A DNA stretch of 64,000 bases from Octopus vulgaris (lineage: Eukaryota), in assembly GCA_951406725.2 (NCBI GenBank), contig OX597820.1, positions 92,380,001-92,444,000 on the forward strand, given 5' to 3'. Both the position numbers and the translations under genes were made by a program. Below, in pieces: positions 1 through 13,367 of the stretch; position 1 is the stretch's first letter; each line of letters starts with the position of its first letter. Below the pieces are notes generated by a model. That model did no database searches. It saw nothing but the letters and a program-made list of their open reading frames with translations, and was not told where the DNA came from.

Positions 1-119
1 AACTGCTTAACAAGACAACCACGATCGAACCTTAGATTGGTAGATTGAGGTCAAATCTCTATTATTGCATCAAAGTGCAACTCATTTAGTTTACGTAGCA
101 TAACGTAAATAACTATAAC

Positions 120-560
120 TCAGTGGCTTTGCGAGAGTGTGGTAAGAAGTTTACTTCCCAACCACATGGTTCCGGATTCAATCCCACTGCATGGCACCGT
201 TGGCCACTGTTTAACTACTACATTTTCTGGCCGACTAAAGCCTTATGGGTGGATTTGGCAGACGGAAACTGGCTGATCGAAGCCTTGTGAGTGGATTTAG
301 TAGACAGAATACATATATTTCTATATATACGCGCGTGCGTAGTGTGTGAGTGAGAGTGTTTGTCCCACGCCAGAGCATTAACGGTGCTGGTGTGTTTATA
401 TCCACGTAGTTTAGCGTTTCGGCAAAAGATATCAATTAAATAAGTACCAGACTTTAAAAAGTAAATATAGAGGTCAATTCATTCGACTATAAATTTTTTG
501 AAGGCGGCGCGCCCCAGCATGGCCGCAGGCTGATGTCTGAACCAAATAAGGGATTAAGAA
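120..560 (+). mobile_element. tRNA-derived SINE, family A (degenerate, near full length)
   Basis: Head tggtaagaag...ggttccggattcaatcccactg, core ccttgtgagtggattt, tail ggcggcgcgccccagcatggccgcag. The same modules recur at 2873, 26482, 29922, 41320 and 53661. Confidence 0.7.
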
Positions 561-1911
561 ATAAAATACAAACAAAATAGAACATTTCAGCTCGAATTCC
601 CAAATGGCCGAATTACCCTTCCGACATACTGGGGTAGCTGGCATAAAGTAACTATCATGAAATGCTAGAAACGTTGGCCTCTGCATTTAGTGAGAAAAAA
701 TATTGCACTCGACCTGTTACGAAATTTCTACCAAATTTCATACAGTCTTAAAAGCAAGATAGTATGGGTAAAATGTTCTCAGATTAGTATGTGTAGAATG
801 TTCTCAGATCATTCGATAGGAAGTTAATGACTGGAATGCTTTTAACATATATCTGCTCAGTCAAGATTCACCTGGAATTACGTAGAATGTCAAACAGATA
901 ACAATTTGGGTTTTGTATGTAAGTTGAGCATTGAAATTGCTTTGCTTAGCAAGTTAAGAATGAAAAAAAAAAACACATTTCATATGAACAAGTCAGTGTT
1001 TCCATGTTCAATACAATATGCATTAAAAGAATAATTAGAAATAATTCTACGATGAGGAAATACAATATTACTTAATTACTAACATTAGTTCTTTTATTCT
1101 AAAGGGTAGGAACATGTATCGATGTTATTAGACCGTTACATCTAGCACAGACATTACTGTTCTGCCGAAGTTGTGATAAGAGACTCACGAAGTAAATGTA
1201 CAATTGTATACACGAGTAGGCGTGAAATATTCCCATATTTCACTGAGAAAATTACTAGGAGAAATTATTCAGACAATAGACAAACTACAGACGCCAAAAT
1301 TACGTATATCACGAGCAAAACAGCTTATGATTACTTTTACCCGTATAATGTCTAACAATATATAAAAGTATAAAAGTTTTCTATAAAACAACCAAACTTC
1401 TAAACACAATTTACAAATATTCTTAGATATTTTTTTAAGAAGATTTCATTTATATTTGCACACAATTTGTTTTATTTTGTTGGTGGTGATTCTTGTTGGC
1501 TTCGTTTTTGTTCTTTATTATTTAACAGTGATTAGTTCACATGTGTGTATATGCGTGAACAGCGAATCTTTCCGACTAACAAAAGAAAGGTAATTAATTA
1601 TCATTTATGCTATGTCGGTGTTACATCGTATTTGTGAACATACAATTTCCACAAAACAGGGAAATGTTTAACAATTCACGATGTGTATTCGTGCAGAAAA
1701 ACAATCTAAAAATAAACAAGCAAAACATGAAGAAATACACACGCACATACATACACACACACATTTACATATATATACATATATACATACGTAAATATAA
1801 ATGCATACATACGTATATATATATATATATGTGTGTGTGTGTGGATACATCATTTACATTAATTGCATTATTTACATTTGACGTATATTTGTCCTCATCT
1901 TGTTTGTTGTT

Positions 1912-1957
1912 AATACAACTTTTCGGCTGATACACCCTCCACATTTCATCAGGTATC
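1912..1957 (-). ncRNA. Degenerate minimal type I hammerhead ribozyme motif
   Basis: Minus strand GAUAC-CUGAUGA-a...CAGCC-GAAA-AG-UU-GUAUU. The 5' strand of helix II is mutated. Confidence 0.5.
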
Positions 1958-2027
1958 CTGGGGAAATTTCGAACGTGGATTCTCATTCCTAAGGTATTTA
2001 TCGATGTTGGTTTTGTTGATGTTGTTG

Positions 2028-2096
<69 letters not shown>

Positions 2097-2251
2097 TCAC
2101 TGCTTGGAATCGAACTCGGACTCCTCGGGTTGGTAGCCCGCGCTCTTATCCACTACGCCACGGGCAAATGGCGTAGCGGTTAAGAGCGCGGCCTACCAAA
2201 CCCAAGCTTCCGTGTTCGATTCCCAGCATTGACCTGAAATACAACAACAGC

Positions 2252-2333
<82 letters not shown>

Positions 2334-2380
2334 TCGATAAATAACTTAGGAATGAGAATCCAGGTTCGAAATTTCCCCAA

Positions 2381-2426
2381 GACACCTGATGAAGCCTGGA
2401 AGGTTTATAAGCCGAAACGTTGTGTT
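2381..2426 (+). ncRNA. Minimal type I hammerhead ribozyme motif (helix II partly decayed)
   Basis: GACAC-CUGAUGA-AGCCUG...AAGCC-GAAA-CG-UU-GUGUU, palindromic AACGUU at helix III. The copies at 1912, 2381 and 8368 give a consensus helix II of GGCUG/CAGCC. Confidence 0.6.
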
Positions 2427-2747
2427 TACAACAAACAAGATGATTGACAAATATCCGTCAAATGTAAATTAGGTAAATAATGTAAATAACGTACATAATT
2501 CCGCATCTCTTAAATATAGAACTCTATATATATACATATAAATACATACCTATATATATACATATATTTATATACCGTACATATATATATATATATTTAC
2601 ACACACACACACACACACACTCATATATATATATATATATATATATATAACGGGAAGCTTTATGAAAATAGACAAAAGACGAAGGCAGGTGGAAAACAAA
2701 CAAACAATTGTATTAGTATGGCGCTCAGGAAATATAAATAAAACAAG

Positions 2748-2785
2748 TCTTTAACGTTTCGAGCCTACGCTCTTCAACAGAAAGA
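2748..2785 (-). ncRNA. Minimal type I HHR variant (CUGUUGA core) in a ~200-bp module (2649-2855) between (TA)n
   Basis: Minus strand UCUUU-CUGUUGA-A-GAGC-GUAG-GCUC-GAAA-CG-UU-AAAGA. Related copies at 16697 and 49305. Confidence 0.6.
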
Positions 2786-2872
2786 TACACAGAGAGAAAA
2801 AAAACACAGAAAGAAGGAGAGAAAAAAAATGCGTGCAGTAACTAACGAATCAACATATATATATATATATAT

Positions 2873-3020
2873 GCTGGCTTCTTTTAGTTTCCGTCTACCA
2901 AATCCACTCATAAGATTTTAGTCGGCTCAGGGCTATAGTAGAAGACACTTACCGAAGGTGCCACGCAGTGGTACTGAACTGGGAACCATGTAGTTGGGAA
3001 GCAAGCCTCTTACTACACAG
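2873..3020 (-). mobile_element. SINE family A, 5' half
   Basis: tttccgtctaccaaatccactca...gtgccacgcagtgg..ctgaac...ggaaccatgt is the reverse complement of the family A head and core. Confidence 0.75.
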
Positions 3021-3308
3021 ACACAGAGAGAGGGAGAGGGAGAGGCCGAGAGACAGAGAGAGAAATAAACGCATACACACGCATACACAATAATATCCAG
3101 TTAACGAAGAATGAGAGCAATGATAAGAAGTTCGCTGACCTCTTGCAGTGTCTTAGCATCTAGAGTAAAAAAAAATTTGCAGACCTAGTGGTCGATCCTG
3201 GATATTTAAGTAAAACTGTTATAACAGAATGTGTATCAAAATTTGTGAGATTTAATACACCTGTTACTGGCTGATAATATTCATATATATATATATATAT
3301 ACAGTTTG

Positions 3309-3345
3309 ATTTGAAAACCCCACTAGAATGGGAGAAAGCGCTAAT
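3309..3345 (+). ncRNA. Minimal type I HHR variant (U3-A8 core) in a 180-bp module (3301-3480) between (TA)n
   Basis: UUGAAAA-cCCCA-CUAGAA-UGGGa-GAAA-GCGC-UA with palindromic AGCGCU. Helix I is weak (2 bp). Confidence 0.5.
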
Positions 3346-3478
3346 ACATGATCTAAGTTATATGATGTATAAAAAATGTAATATACAAATAAATATCTGT
3401 AAATAGAAACCATCCGATTTCCTGAGTACCTCATTTCTTCTAATATGAAATACCTGTACATCATCTCCAAACCCTCCA

Positions 3479-3557
<79 letters not shown>

Positions 3558-3937
3558 ATGTATATATATGTACACACGCACACACACGTTTGAATACTAT
3601 GTACATATATGTGTTCTAAGAACGGATGTACGTATAATGCAAACTGGTGTGAGGCAATTCGAGCAGAGTATTTAGAATTTTTTTTATTGATACGTTTATA
3701 CGAAAATAGTGTAGGAGTTACTGAATGATTGTTTCCAACCAACGAACTAGTAAAACAAGTATTTAGCACGAAACTATATACCCTCGAGTAACTGGAGCTG
3801 TGTTGTCAGCTTGTGCAACGTTATAAATCCACAATTATATATATATATATATATATACATACATGAATATATAGAAATACATACAAACGCGCATTATATT
3901 CTCACTGTTTTATACATAGGATATATATGTATATATG

Positions 3938-4024
<87 letters not shown>

Positions 4025-4540
4025 ATATATGCATACGTGTGTCTAATTTAATGGATGGTGAAGGCGTGTGTGTTGGTCTATTTCGGTGATTTGCAGAGAA
4101 CAGTTATATTTTCTGCGACAGGGTATTAAAATTATATGTTTGGCCATTTTTTTAAACATTTACTGCTATTAGGCAATATATCTTATTGTGTAGCGTCACT
4201 TCTTTTAATTCACTGCTCATTTTTTATACCAGTTGAATTGTGAAACTATTTCCTTTATATTTTTTAATATTTTCTATTTATTTTTTTCTCCACGAAGCAG
4301 AAACGTTAGACATTTACGCTTCTGACATCTAATTTATCTAAATTTATACGAAACATTGTATTCTTCAGACGTAAAAGAAAAATAAGAAACTTTAATGGTG
4401 AAGATAGAAATAGAGTGAAAAGAACAAGAACGAGAGATAGAGACAAGCTCACAGGCTGACAGTATGACAGAAAGACACTCAGTCACATAGAAAGAGAGAG
4501 AGACAAATACATAGACAGAGACATACACGCATAACTCCAA

Positions 4541-4578
<38 letters not shown>

Positions 4579-4579
4579 G

Positions 4580-4700
4580 TAGATAGATAGATAATTAGGT
4601 GGATAGACAGATAGACTGACAAACTCATACATACAAGCAGTCATAGTGATAGACAGAGATAAGACACATATATATATCCTTTTATATATTTATAAACTCT

Positions 4701-4775
<75 letters not shown>

Positions 4776-4900
4776 AAATATATAAAAGGATATATATATG
4801 TGTGTATGTATATCTACCTATCTTTCTATCACTATGACTGCTTGTATGTATGAGTTTGTCAGTCTTTCTCTGTCTATCCACCTAATTATCTATCTATCTA
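4580..4900. repeat. Local inverted duplication (arms about 4580-4696 and 4771-4900) around (TA)n
   Basis: ataattaggtggatagacag...gactgacaaactcatacatacaagcagtcatagtgatag is mirrored as ctatcactatgactgcttgtatgtatgagtttgtcagtc...ctgtctatccacctaattat. Confidence 0.85.
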
Positions 4901-5015
4901 CCCATCTATTTCTATCTCCATCTATCTATCTATCTATCTAGATAGGTAGATATACATACACACATATATATATCTCTTTCTTGTTCTTTTACTCTAATAT
5001 ATATATATATCCATA

Positions 5016-5082
<67 letters not shown>

Positions 5083-5106
5083 TATGTACATATATATGAA
5101 TTATGC

Positions 5107-5164
<58 letters not shown>

Positions 5165-6969
5165 GCATAATTTTCCAACATATATACAAACATTTGTGTG
5201 TGTACATAGGTATGCTAGTCTTTAAATAAATGCTTAAAGAAGAGAAAATAGCCTTCAGAAAGAAAGCGAATGACAAAGATTGGCGATGGTGAATAAAGAC
5301 AATTCTATTTCTTTATATATAATAATGAGTGTTTGAAAAAAATGTCAAAACGTTCAATTTATAGTGAATCATTCCACATTCGAATTTCTTTTTTGACGCA
5401 CTTAGATTTTTAGGTCAGTATTTTGTATATTAAATGTTTTGTCAATGATTCCTTCCATTATCATGGCCAAACACATGCATACACATATATACATACAAAC
5501 TCTTCTTTCACTCTCTACTTCTCTACTCACGAATGTATGTAAATGTACGTATATACTGTATATAAACTGTAATTAGAGAGAAATTCAAAATAGTCGAATC
5601 ATTTTTTCTCCGTCTTTCTACTACATTCATTTATCTATGGTAGCCATCATTCATAACAAAAGAAAATTGTAATGCGTTCCATGTAAAGACTAAAAATTAT
5701 AAGAGTTCAACCTAAAAATAGTTTGACGCACAATAAATATGTATATTTAAATGGTGCCGGAGGCGAGAAGTGACAGACATCATAATTGTTCGTGACTAGT
5801 TTAGGAGACTCCAACCGGAAATATGCAAAATTTAATGAGTAGATGGGATGACATTCAAACATGAATTGTAATCCTATGATTTAAACACACAATTTCCATT
5901 TGAGTTGGAATATATAAATGTTTTCTTATGAAATACTCTCACGACACAAGACTAATCACTGCAATGTTATATGCGATCACGTTTTTTTTTTTGTTTTCTT
6001 TTTGTTTCTGTTTTGCTTTTTGTTGTTTAGAGACTTTTAGCAACTAGTTTGGAATCTATGCCACAATAAAATACAAATATCACATTGACACATTGAGCTA
6101 GAACCAGGGCACCAGTTGAATCGTTTAAAGTCCTGGAAATAGTAGCCAAGTCCTACTGCAACACCATCATATAATACTATGGATGACGGAACCATTGAGG
6201 AAAGTATTCTTTCTTGTAAAAACAGATGTAATGGATACGGCTGGATAAAATTGATGTAGGACTCAACAGAAATATGCTTTTGGTAGATATATATTTTTGG
6301 AGTTTAAAGTATTTAAACATTTTCAATAAAAGGATGAGTATAGCACCATTATGAATGAGTCATCTGTCTCATAGGTATGGCTTTTTAATCAATGAAATAC
6401 AAAATGCTTACTGGAAATCTGTGAGATTGAAATTACAGTAGACATTGAAATTGGTCTTGTCCTGCCGGGAATTGATAAATCACAGATATTAGTCACTCAA
6501 TTGATTCACATCTGAAAATGTTAAGGATTGACTTTTAGAATAAGGTGAACAAAACTAAACAAGAATATTTAGTCAATATGATCGATTATTGTAATAAACG
6601 AGGACAAATTCTTGCACTCCCAAAGCGCAAAACATTTGCAGCATTTCATGAAATGATGAAAGTTGTAGTATTTAATCAACCTCCATCTTTATGTTGGCTT
6701 TTATCTCTTCTCTAAACATTAAATTAAAGCAGAACATTATAACAATTCCATACTGGCTATGAGTGCTGTAATATTTATATTTACTTCTTCTGGGATGTTA
6801 GATATCTTTCAGAAAGATATGAAGAAACTAGTTATTACTTTGTTATGTTTGTGGTACTCTATAAACTTTTAAGCTCTTTATTATATTATCTAGTTGAATC
6901 AGAGTAAACCAAATTGTGATCACATCCGTCTGAGTAACATTCTTGACGTTAATATTATGATATAGATAA

Positions 6970-7385
6970 GACGGCGAGCTGACAGAATCGTTAGCTCGCC
7001 TGGCTAAATGCTTTGGGGCCTTTCGTCCGTCTTCATGTTCTCGGTTTAAATTCTGCAACGGTCGACTTTGCCTTTCATCATTTTATGGATCGACAAAATA
7101 AAGGCGAGTTGTAATCGATGATGCCCCTTCCCTCGAACTGATTGAGTTTGTGCCAAAATTAAAACCAATGCTATTGTGTATTTAAGGCAGCGAGCTGGCA
7201 GAATAGTTAGCACGCGGGACGAAATGCTTAGCGCCATTTAGTCTGTCTTTTCGTTCCCAGTTTAAATTCCCCTTTAATCTTTTCACGGTCGATGAAATAT
7301 AAGCGCTAGTTGAGTACTGGGGTCGATGTAATAGACTTATCTCCTTGCGTGAATTTGCTGGTCTTGTGCCAAAATTTGAAATCAA
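6970..7385 (+). mobile_element. Two adjacent copies of tRNA-derived SINE family B
   Basis: Both begin (a/g)cggcgagctg(g/a)cagaa..gttagc and share aaatgctt, gtcga and gtgccaaaatt motifs. Confidence 0.75.
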
Positions 7386-8073
7386 TATTATAGTATAATA
7401 AAGACTAAAGAACGAAATCTCTCTGGTTCAGTGTTTCTGGGTCCTTTCTTTAGTTTCTAATACTAGGTTCAAATCCTGGGATGGGAATTTAAATTGGATC
7501 GGAATACATGTCTCCTATTATGCCAATAAATAGTTGAAATATAAGCTGTGGTAAAGGCCCCAAAAACAGAGTACGTGATCACTCAACATGCTAGAATTAA
7601 CAAACAAATAACATTCTTCCATTCCACTTAATCGAAGCTTGCACTGGATAATGCACTCTAGGGTATATTATGACTTGAAAAGAAAGGATGTAGCCTCTTT
7701 GATCATGGGGTTCCTGAATCAGCTTTGAACTGGAAGGAAAATGCAACATCAAATTATTACAAACTATATGAGCATATACATCAGCTTCTACCATAATTCT
7801 GACTTTATAAAATCGCATTAGCTTTGAAATTTAGAATTGGAAAATGAAATCTTGGAAAACAGAATTGTAAATATTAACATGAGAAGAAATACATTAGAAA
7901 CACAAACACAGATCGTAGTAGAGAATCGTCAGGAATGGACACCGGAACCCACATGTCATGTGATTAAATTCTATTGGTAATCATCTATCTGAAGCATCCG
8001 GGCACTATATTCCAGTCAAATCTTGCTGTCATGGTACATAGAGTATCAGCATCTTTTCACGCAGCCTTGTCAC

Positions 8074-8395
<322 letters not shown>

Positions 8396-8939
8396 GGTTT
8401 ATTAAACATCAATTATTAGCGACGGAAGCAATATCCTCTTTTACTCTAGGTACAGGGCTCGAAAGTTTTGGGGAGAATTCCAGTCGATTAGATTGGCCCC
8501 AGTATGCAACTGGTGCTTAAGTTTTCGACCCCGAAAGGCTGAAAGGCAAAATCGATCTCAACGGTGACGGAAGCAATACCAATACCAAATTGTGATGCAA
8601 TCCAATTTAACATGGGTGTTTTGTTAAGTTGCATAATCCCACTCTGTGAGTATAGCCATGTATGGGATATGAAGGTAAACTTCAAATTACATACAATCAA
8701 GTGAAGAATCGTTGACAAAACTATGCCATATGAAAATGACTCACAGAGAATCAATCTATGCGTAACTGCAAGATAGTACAGTCTTTTTAGATCCAAGAAT
8801 TCTACCAAACTACTTAACCGCACATCCGAAATTTTCAGCAAATCCAAGCTCATTACCAAATTTCTGTTGTCGAACTAGAGGAGACTATAGATTAATCCAC
8901 TATAGATTAAGTAGCTGGCATGCAGACGTCGGCCCCCAC

Positions 8940-9240
8940 AAGAAATGATGAAAGACAAAGTCGACCTCGGCGGAATTTGAACTCAGAACGTAGTGGCAGA
9001 CGAAAAATCGCTAAGCCTTTCGCCTGACATGCGAACGTTTCTGCCAGCTCACCGCCTTAAACTATGTATACGTTACCTTAATATTTTCTCCTTTACAAGG
9101 CGGTGAACTGGCAGATCGCTTCTGTCACCCCCGACAAACTGCTTAGCGATATTTTGTCTTTAAATTCTCAGTTCAAATACTGCCGCGGTCGATTTTGCTT
9201 TTCATCATTTTGGGGTCGAGAAAATAAGTGCCAGTGGTGT
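8940..9240. mobile_element. Two divergent SINE family B copies (about 8940-9058 minus, 9098-9240 plus)
   Basis: tctgccagctcaccgcctt (minus head) and aaggcggtgaactggcaga (plus head), both with the family B core. Confidence 0.7.
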
Positions 9241-10045
9241 ATTTCATAAAAATTTTGAAACATTTCGAATCCACTTCTTTGTAGAAAATGAAATGTATGT
9301 GATATTTCTCTGTTCATCCATGCTGGCTGTTTTTTGCAGTTACGTAACCTTATGTTAAACGTGGTCAATTCTGTCATAGGTTTGACACACCTGTCCCTCG
9401 TTTGAGGATCCACATCATGCCCTATTTCATTTAATGTGTCTATCCTCATTCAGTGTCAATTTTGACGTCAATTTTGGTTTTATTTCAATCGGATCCTGTT
9501 CCTACGTACCGGTTACATCCAGTTTCAGTACAGGTTAATGGGATGCAAGTTAAAATTACAACCAAACCTATAGCAGTGTAGAAAATGCAGCATTTACTGT
9601 AAGAGTAACGGAAATTCTATTGATAAAAAATAACCTATAAGTTGCTAATTGCAGTTTCTCGCTGCTTAGATGAGTCAACACAGCATTTCAGTTCAGTAAG
9701 CCGGATGCAAAGTAATCAAAATGCTTTGCTTAATTTAGAAATTAAAATTAGGTGGAATAAAAACAATAAACAGAAATACTGGTATATGGTCTTTGGAAAT
9801 CGCGCAGTGATGACTCATTACATATTTCGGTTTTATTAGATATCATCAGGTCTTAAAACAGTAGTTACTTTTCAGTTCATATCTTTGCATATGGAAGGCC
9901 TCTAGTCGTTTAACACATACTACAGCATCAACTGACATAGAGCCAAGTTCTAAGACACTGTGACAGGTATCGGGATGTTTCTTGTCTAAATCTAACACTG
10001 CCTTCAACGCTTTTAACTTGAAATAATAAAATAGTTTTTCGTAAT

Positions 10046-10079
<34 letters not shown>

Positions 10080-10504
10080 AGTCACATATTAATGTTGTAT
10101 GTCTTTTATTTAGTTGTGAAATGCATAACATTGATTTGGAAAATGGGCATAAGATCACACATTATATGGAAACGGGTGTTGGCGATATTATCGACCAGGA
10201 GCTTGACTTCATAATCTTTCATCGACCTACGGAAAGATGAAAAGCAAGGCCCATCATGGTAAGATTTTGAAACAGGATAAAAAGAGACGTGACTAAACAC
10301 AGCAATGTATTTTATTCAACACTTTATTGATTTTCCTGCTCCATAATAAGAGAAGGGGCCACTACAATTTCACTGATCCTGGTTGAAATAGCAGTTAAAT
10401 CGCTCCTAAATAATCTTTTATTCTTTGAAATATATGTAGGTATCGAATGATGTTACTCTAAATGTAAATACGATATGTTTCTATTTTTTTATTGCTTAGA
10501 GTCT

Positions 10505-11100
10505 TCTAGCAACGAGTTTGGAATCTATGTGAAATGCTTCGCGTTATTTCGTCTGCCGTTACGTTCTGAGTTCAAATTTCGCCAAGGTCGACTTTGCTTT
10601 TTATCCTTTCGGGGTCGATTAAAAATGTACCACGTACGCACTGGGGTCGATATAATCGACTTAATCCGTTTGTCTGTCCTTGTTTGTCCTCTCTGTGTTC
10701 AACCCCTTGTGGGTAGTAAAGAAATAGGTATTTCGTCAGCCGTTACGTTCTGATTTCAAATTCTGCCGAGGTGGACTTTGCTTTTCATCTTTTCGGGTTC
10801 GATAAATTAAGTACCAGCTACGTACTGGGGTCGATGTAATCGACTTAATTCCTTTGTCCTTGTTTGTCCCCTCTATGTTTAGCCCATTGTGGGCAATAAA
10901 GATATAAGAAACGTTACCGTGCCAGGTAAAATTCTTACTGGCATTTCGTCCATGTTTACGCTCTGAGATCAAATTTCTTCAAGGTTGACTTTGCCTTTCA
11001 TTGTTTAGGGGTCGATAAGATAAGTACTATTTGATCAGTGGACTCAATTGTGATCGGCTTACACAACCCCAAATTTTCGTGTCTGGTGCCAAACTTTGAA
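10505..11100 (+). mobile_element. SINE family B with about three tandem internal units (~190 bp)
   Basis: Repeated atttcgtc..ccgttacgttctga.ttcaaatt...gactttgc.tttcat..tttcggg.tcgat blocks at about 10545, 10730 and 10940. Confidence 0.8.
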
Positions 11101-13162
11101 GCCAATATACATATATATTTCTCTCAGATTCCTGAATGTGGGTATTGTTTCTAATCTTGAAATGACGTGCATATACCAAAACACTAATTTTTACCATATA
11201 TATCCGAGATCGAAATGTCATTCTACTTTCTTTTCAAGCAAATCTTTCGTGTGCATCTTAATTTGCTTGTGTATTTAATGCACAAGAAACATACGAGTGA
11301 ATGTAAACGCCTGCAAACTGGATAAAGCTTTACCGATTCTTTGGAATGGTCTCACAGGGAAAAAAATAGCATGAATTAGCAAAGCAGAAATCTTTTAAAA
11401 TGTAACGTTAGAGAAGATAAACAATGTTCAGAATTAAATGAGTACAGGTAACACATTATTAAAATAGAATTGGATTGGAGCAATTTTCTTCTCGACAATC
11501 GATTTATCTAATTGATGATTAGAGTTCTCATAACCTGAAATCGACGGCCATATCTTCAAGAGTTTTGCTTACGAAAGAGAATTCTATAACTGTATAGAAT
11601 GTGTTGGCCTTACATTTTAGCGGTCTATAATCCATATATGACAAAAGCATGTATATTTACATTTTTTATGAAAGAATTGGACTCCTTTTTGATATTTTCA
11701 GCTTGAAATTTAGAACAAATGTGCTAAAAAATTAGGGAAACTAGCGTTCTTCTTCATACACTCTTCATACACGGGTCAACGATCATGTACCGTTAAACCC
11801 TCCTGTACATATACAACTTAAAATGTTTTGATGCAAGTATGTTTGAAGCCACACAAATTACATCAGAATGTTAGAAATAGTTTGTCCTGACAACATTATT
11901 TAATGTAACGCTGGTGATCTTCCAGTTGCTCAGAACTATTTGAACCATTAAACTTACAGCGTTTCAAACTGGATATAAAACAGAACTGGATCTGACAGTT
12001 AGATACCGACTATAAACGTAAACTGACAGTAGTTTAATAATCTTCCTTGCCATCTATTTAGATTTAACTCTGGGGAATTAAATTTGTAAACAAAATACAA
12101 CAAAATTTTCTACCTCAGATCTTTTTATTGTTTTTCTTTTAAATGGATTGGTATAAATATTTAAATTTTAACTGACTGTAGTTTCACTGATTCAATTGTG
12201 TGTGTAATCTCGAGAAAATAAAGATCTTTAGAAATATAAATCACAGAAAATAGGTTTTGTCTTGCATTAAAAGAATTCCTATATTTCCTCTTTGATAAAA
12301 CACAAATGTTGCTATAAGACCTCACGGCGTTCGTGATTTTTAAAACAATAAAACTATTCCCAAAATGTTCTGTCAGTTAAGTGATTTCCAGATGAGAAAG
12401 TAAATAAATGTGGGATGAAATCTTTGCTGAAACAACAGAATTTAAAGAATTATTTCAGTGTAAGTGAAGTATATAAATATGTATGGTGTGTTCAGATGGC
12501 GATAACATTTTTGATGGCAGTATCTGCAGTATTTTTCCTCGGGAATGAGTGGTGCACTTTTGGTTTCTGACTTGCACAGAATTCTTACCTGTGGCTTCCA
12601 TGAGCAAATGCATGTATAGCAGTCACACACCGGTAAACAGCTTTGATTAGGAAGATCGAACCAACTGAGAGCATATGCTACGCATGACACTCTTAATGAG
12701 TTACCGATTGAAATACGGTTTGGTAAGCGTCATGGATTATTAAAAGCACGATAGGAGAATATAGTAATATTGACCATTCACTAAATTAAAACCTCCCTCC
12801 AAGTATCTTCAACACCTCTTGCTTCACTTTAAAGGTAGACATAGAAATAAATGCTCGGACACGCTTCATGGTGGTCTCTCTAAGGATGACAAGGTGACTT
12901 ACGTTCTCTAACCCTCGGCGACAGAGTACTGGGTCACTAATGAAGATTGATTAAATCTGAAATCAGCGCCGATATGAATCCATCTCGCTTGTCGTAGGGA
13001 AGGAGCCTGTCTCCCTTGTCAGTCGTTAGAAAAGTGGTCACACGTAGCTAACGGTTGTTTTGACTCTTCTTTCTAGCAAAGCTTGTGCTTACTGTCAACC
13101 TAATCACTATAGTGACGACTGTGCTTGTTGTCTATCGGTTCTAAATTGCGAATAGGCACCTA

Positions 13163-13197
<35 letters not shown>

Positions 13198-13331
13198 CAA
13201 CTAATAAGGGTGAGAAAATCCGATACTAATTTAATAGTACCATCAATTTAACACCAAGTGGCTTAGTGCATCAAAACCAGGAATACAATAAATTTTATAC
13301 GTAAATATAAGAGAGTGATCACTATGGGGTC

Positions 13332-13367
<36 letters not shown>

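Larger units (their letters stand above)
1849..2524. mobile_element. Head-to-head fold-back of a tRNA-headed element with (AAC)n(AAT)n spacer and HHR-bearing tail
   Basis: About 1849-2160 is the diverged reverse complement of about 2169-2490. A box TGGCGTAGCGG at 2169, B box GTTCGATTCC at 2214. Right arm ends in (TA)n. Confidence 0.8.

Noticed and set aside
2169-2235. tRNA gene
   Set aside because: A and B boxes are present but there is no convincing cloverleaf or terminator; it is a SINE-type head. The same applies to the other SINE heads.
10505-11100. Regularly spaced repeats suggestive of a CRISPR array
   Set aside because: Units are ~190-bp SINE segments without unique spacers; eukaryotic context and no cas genes.
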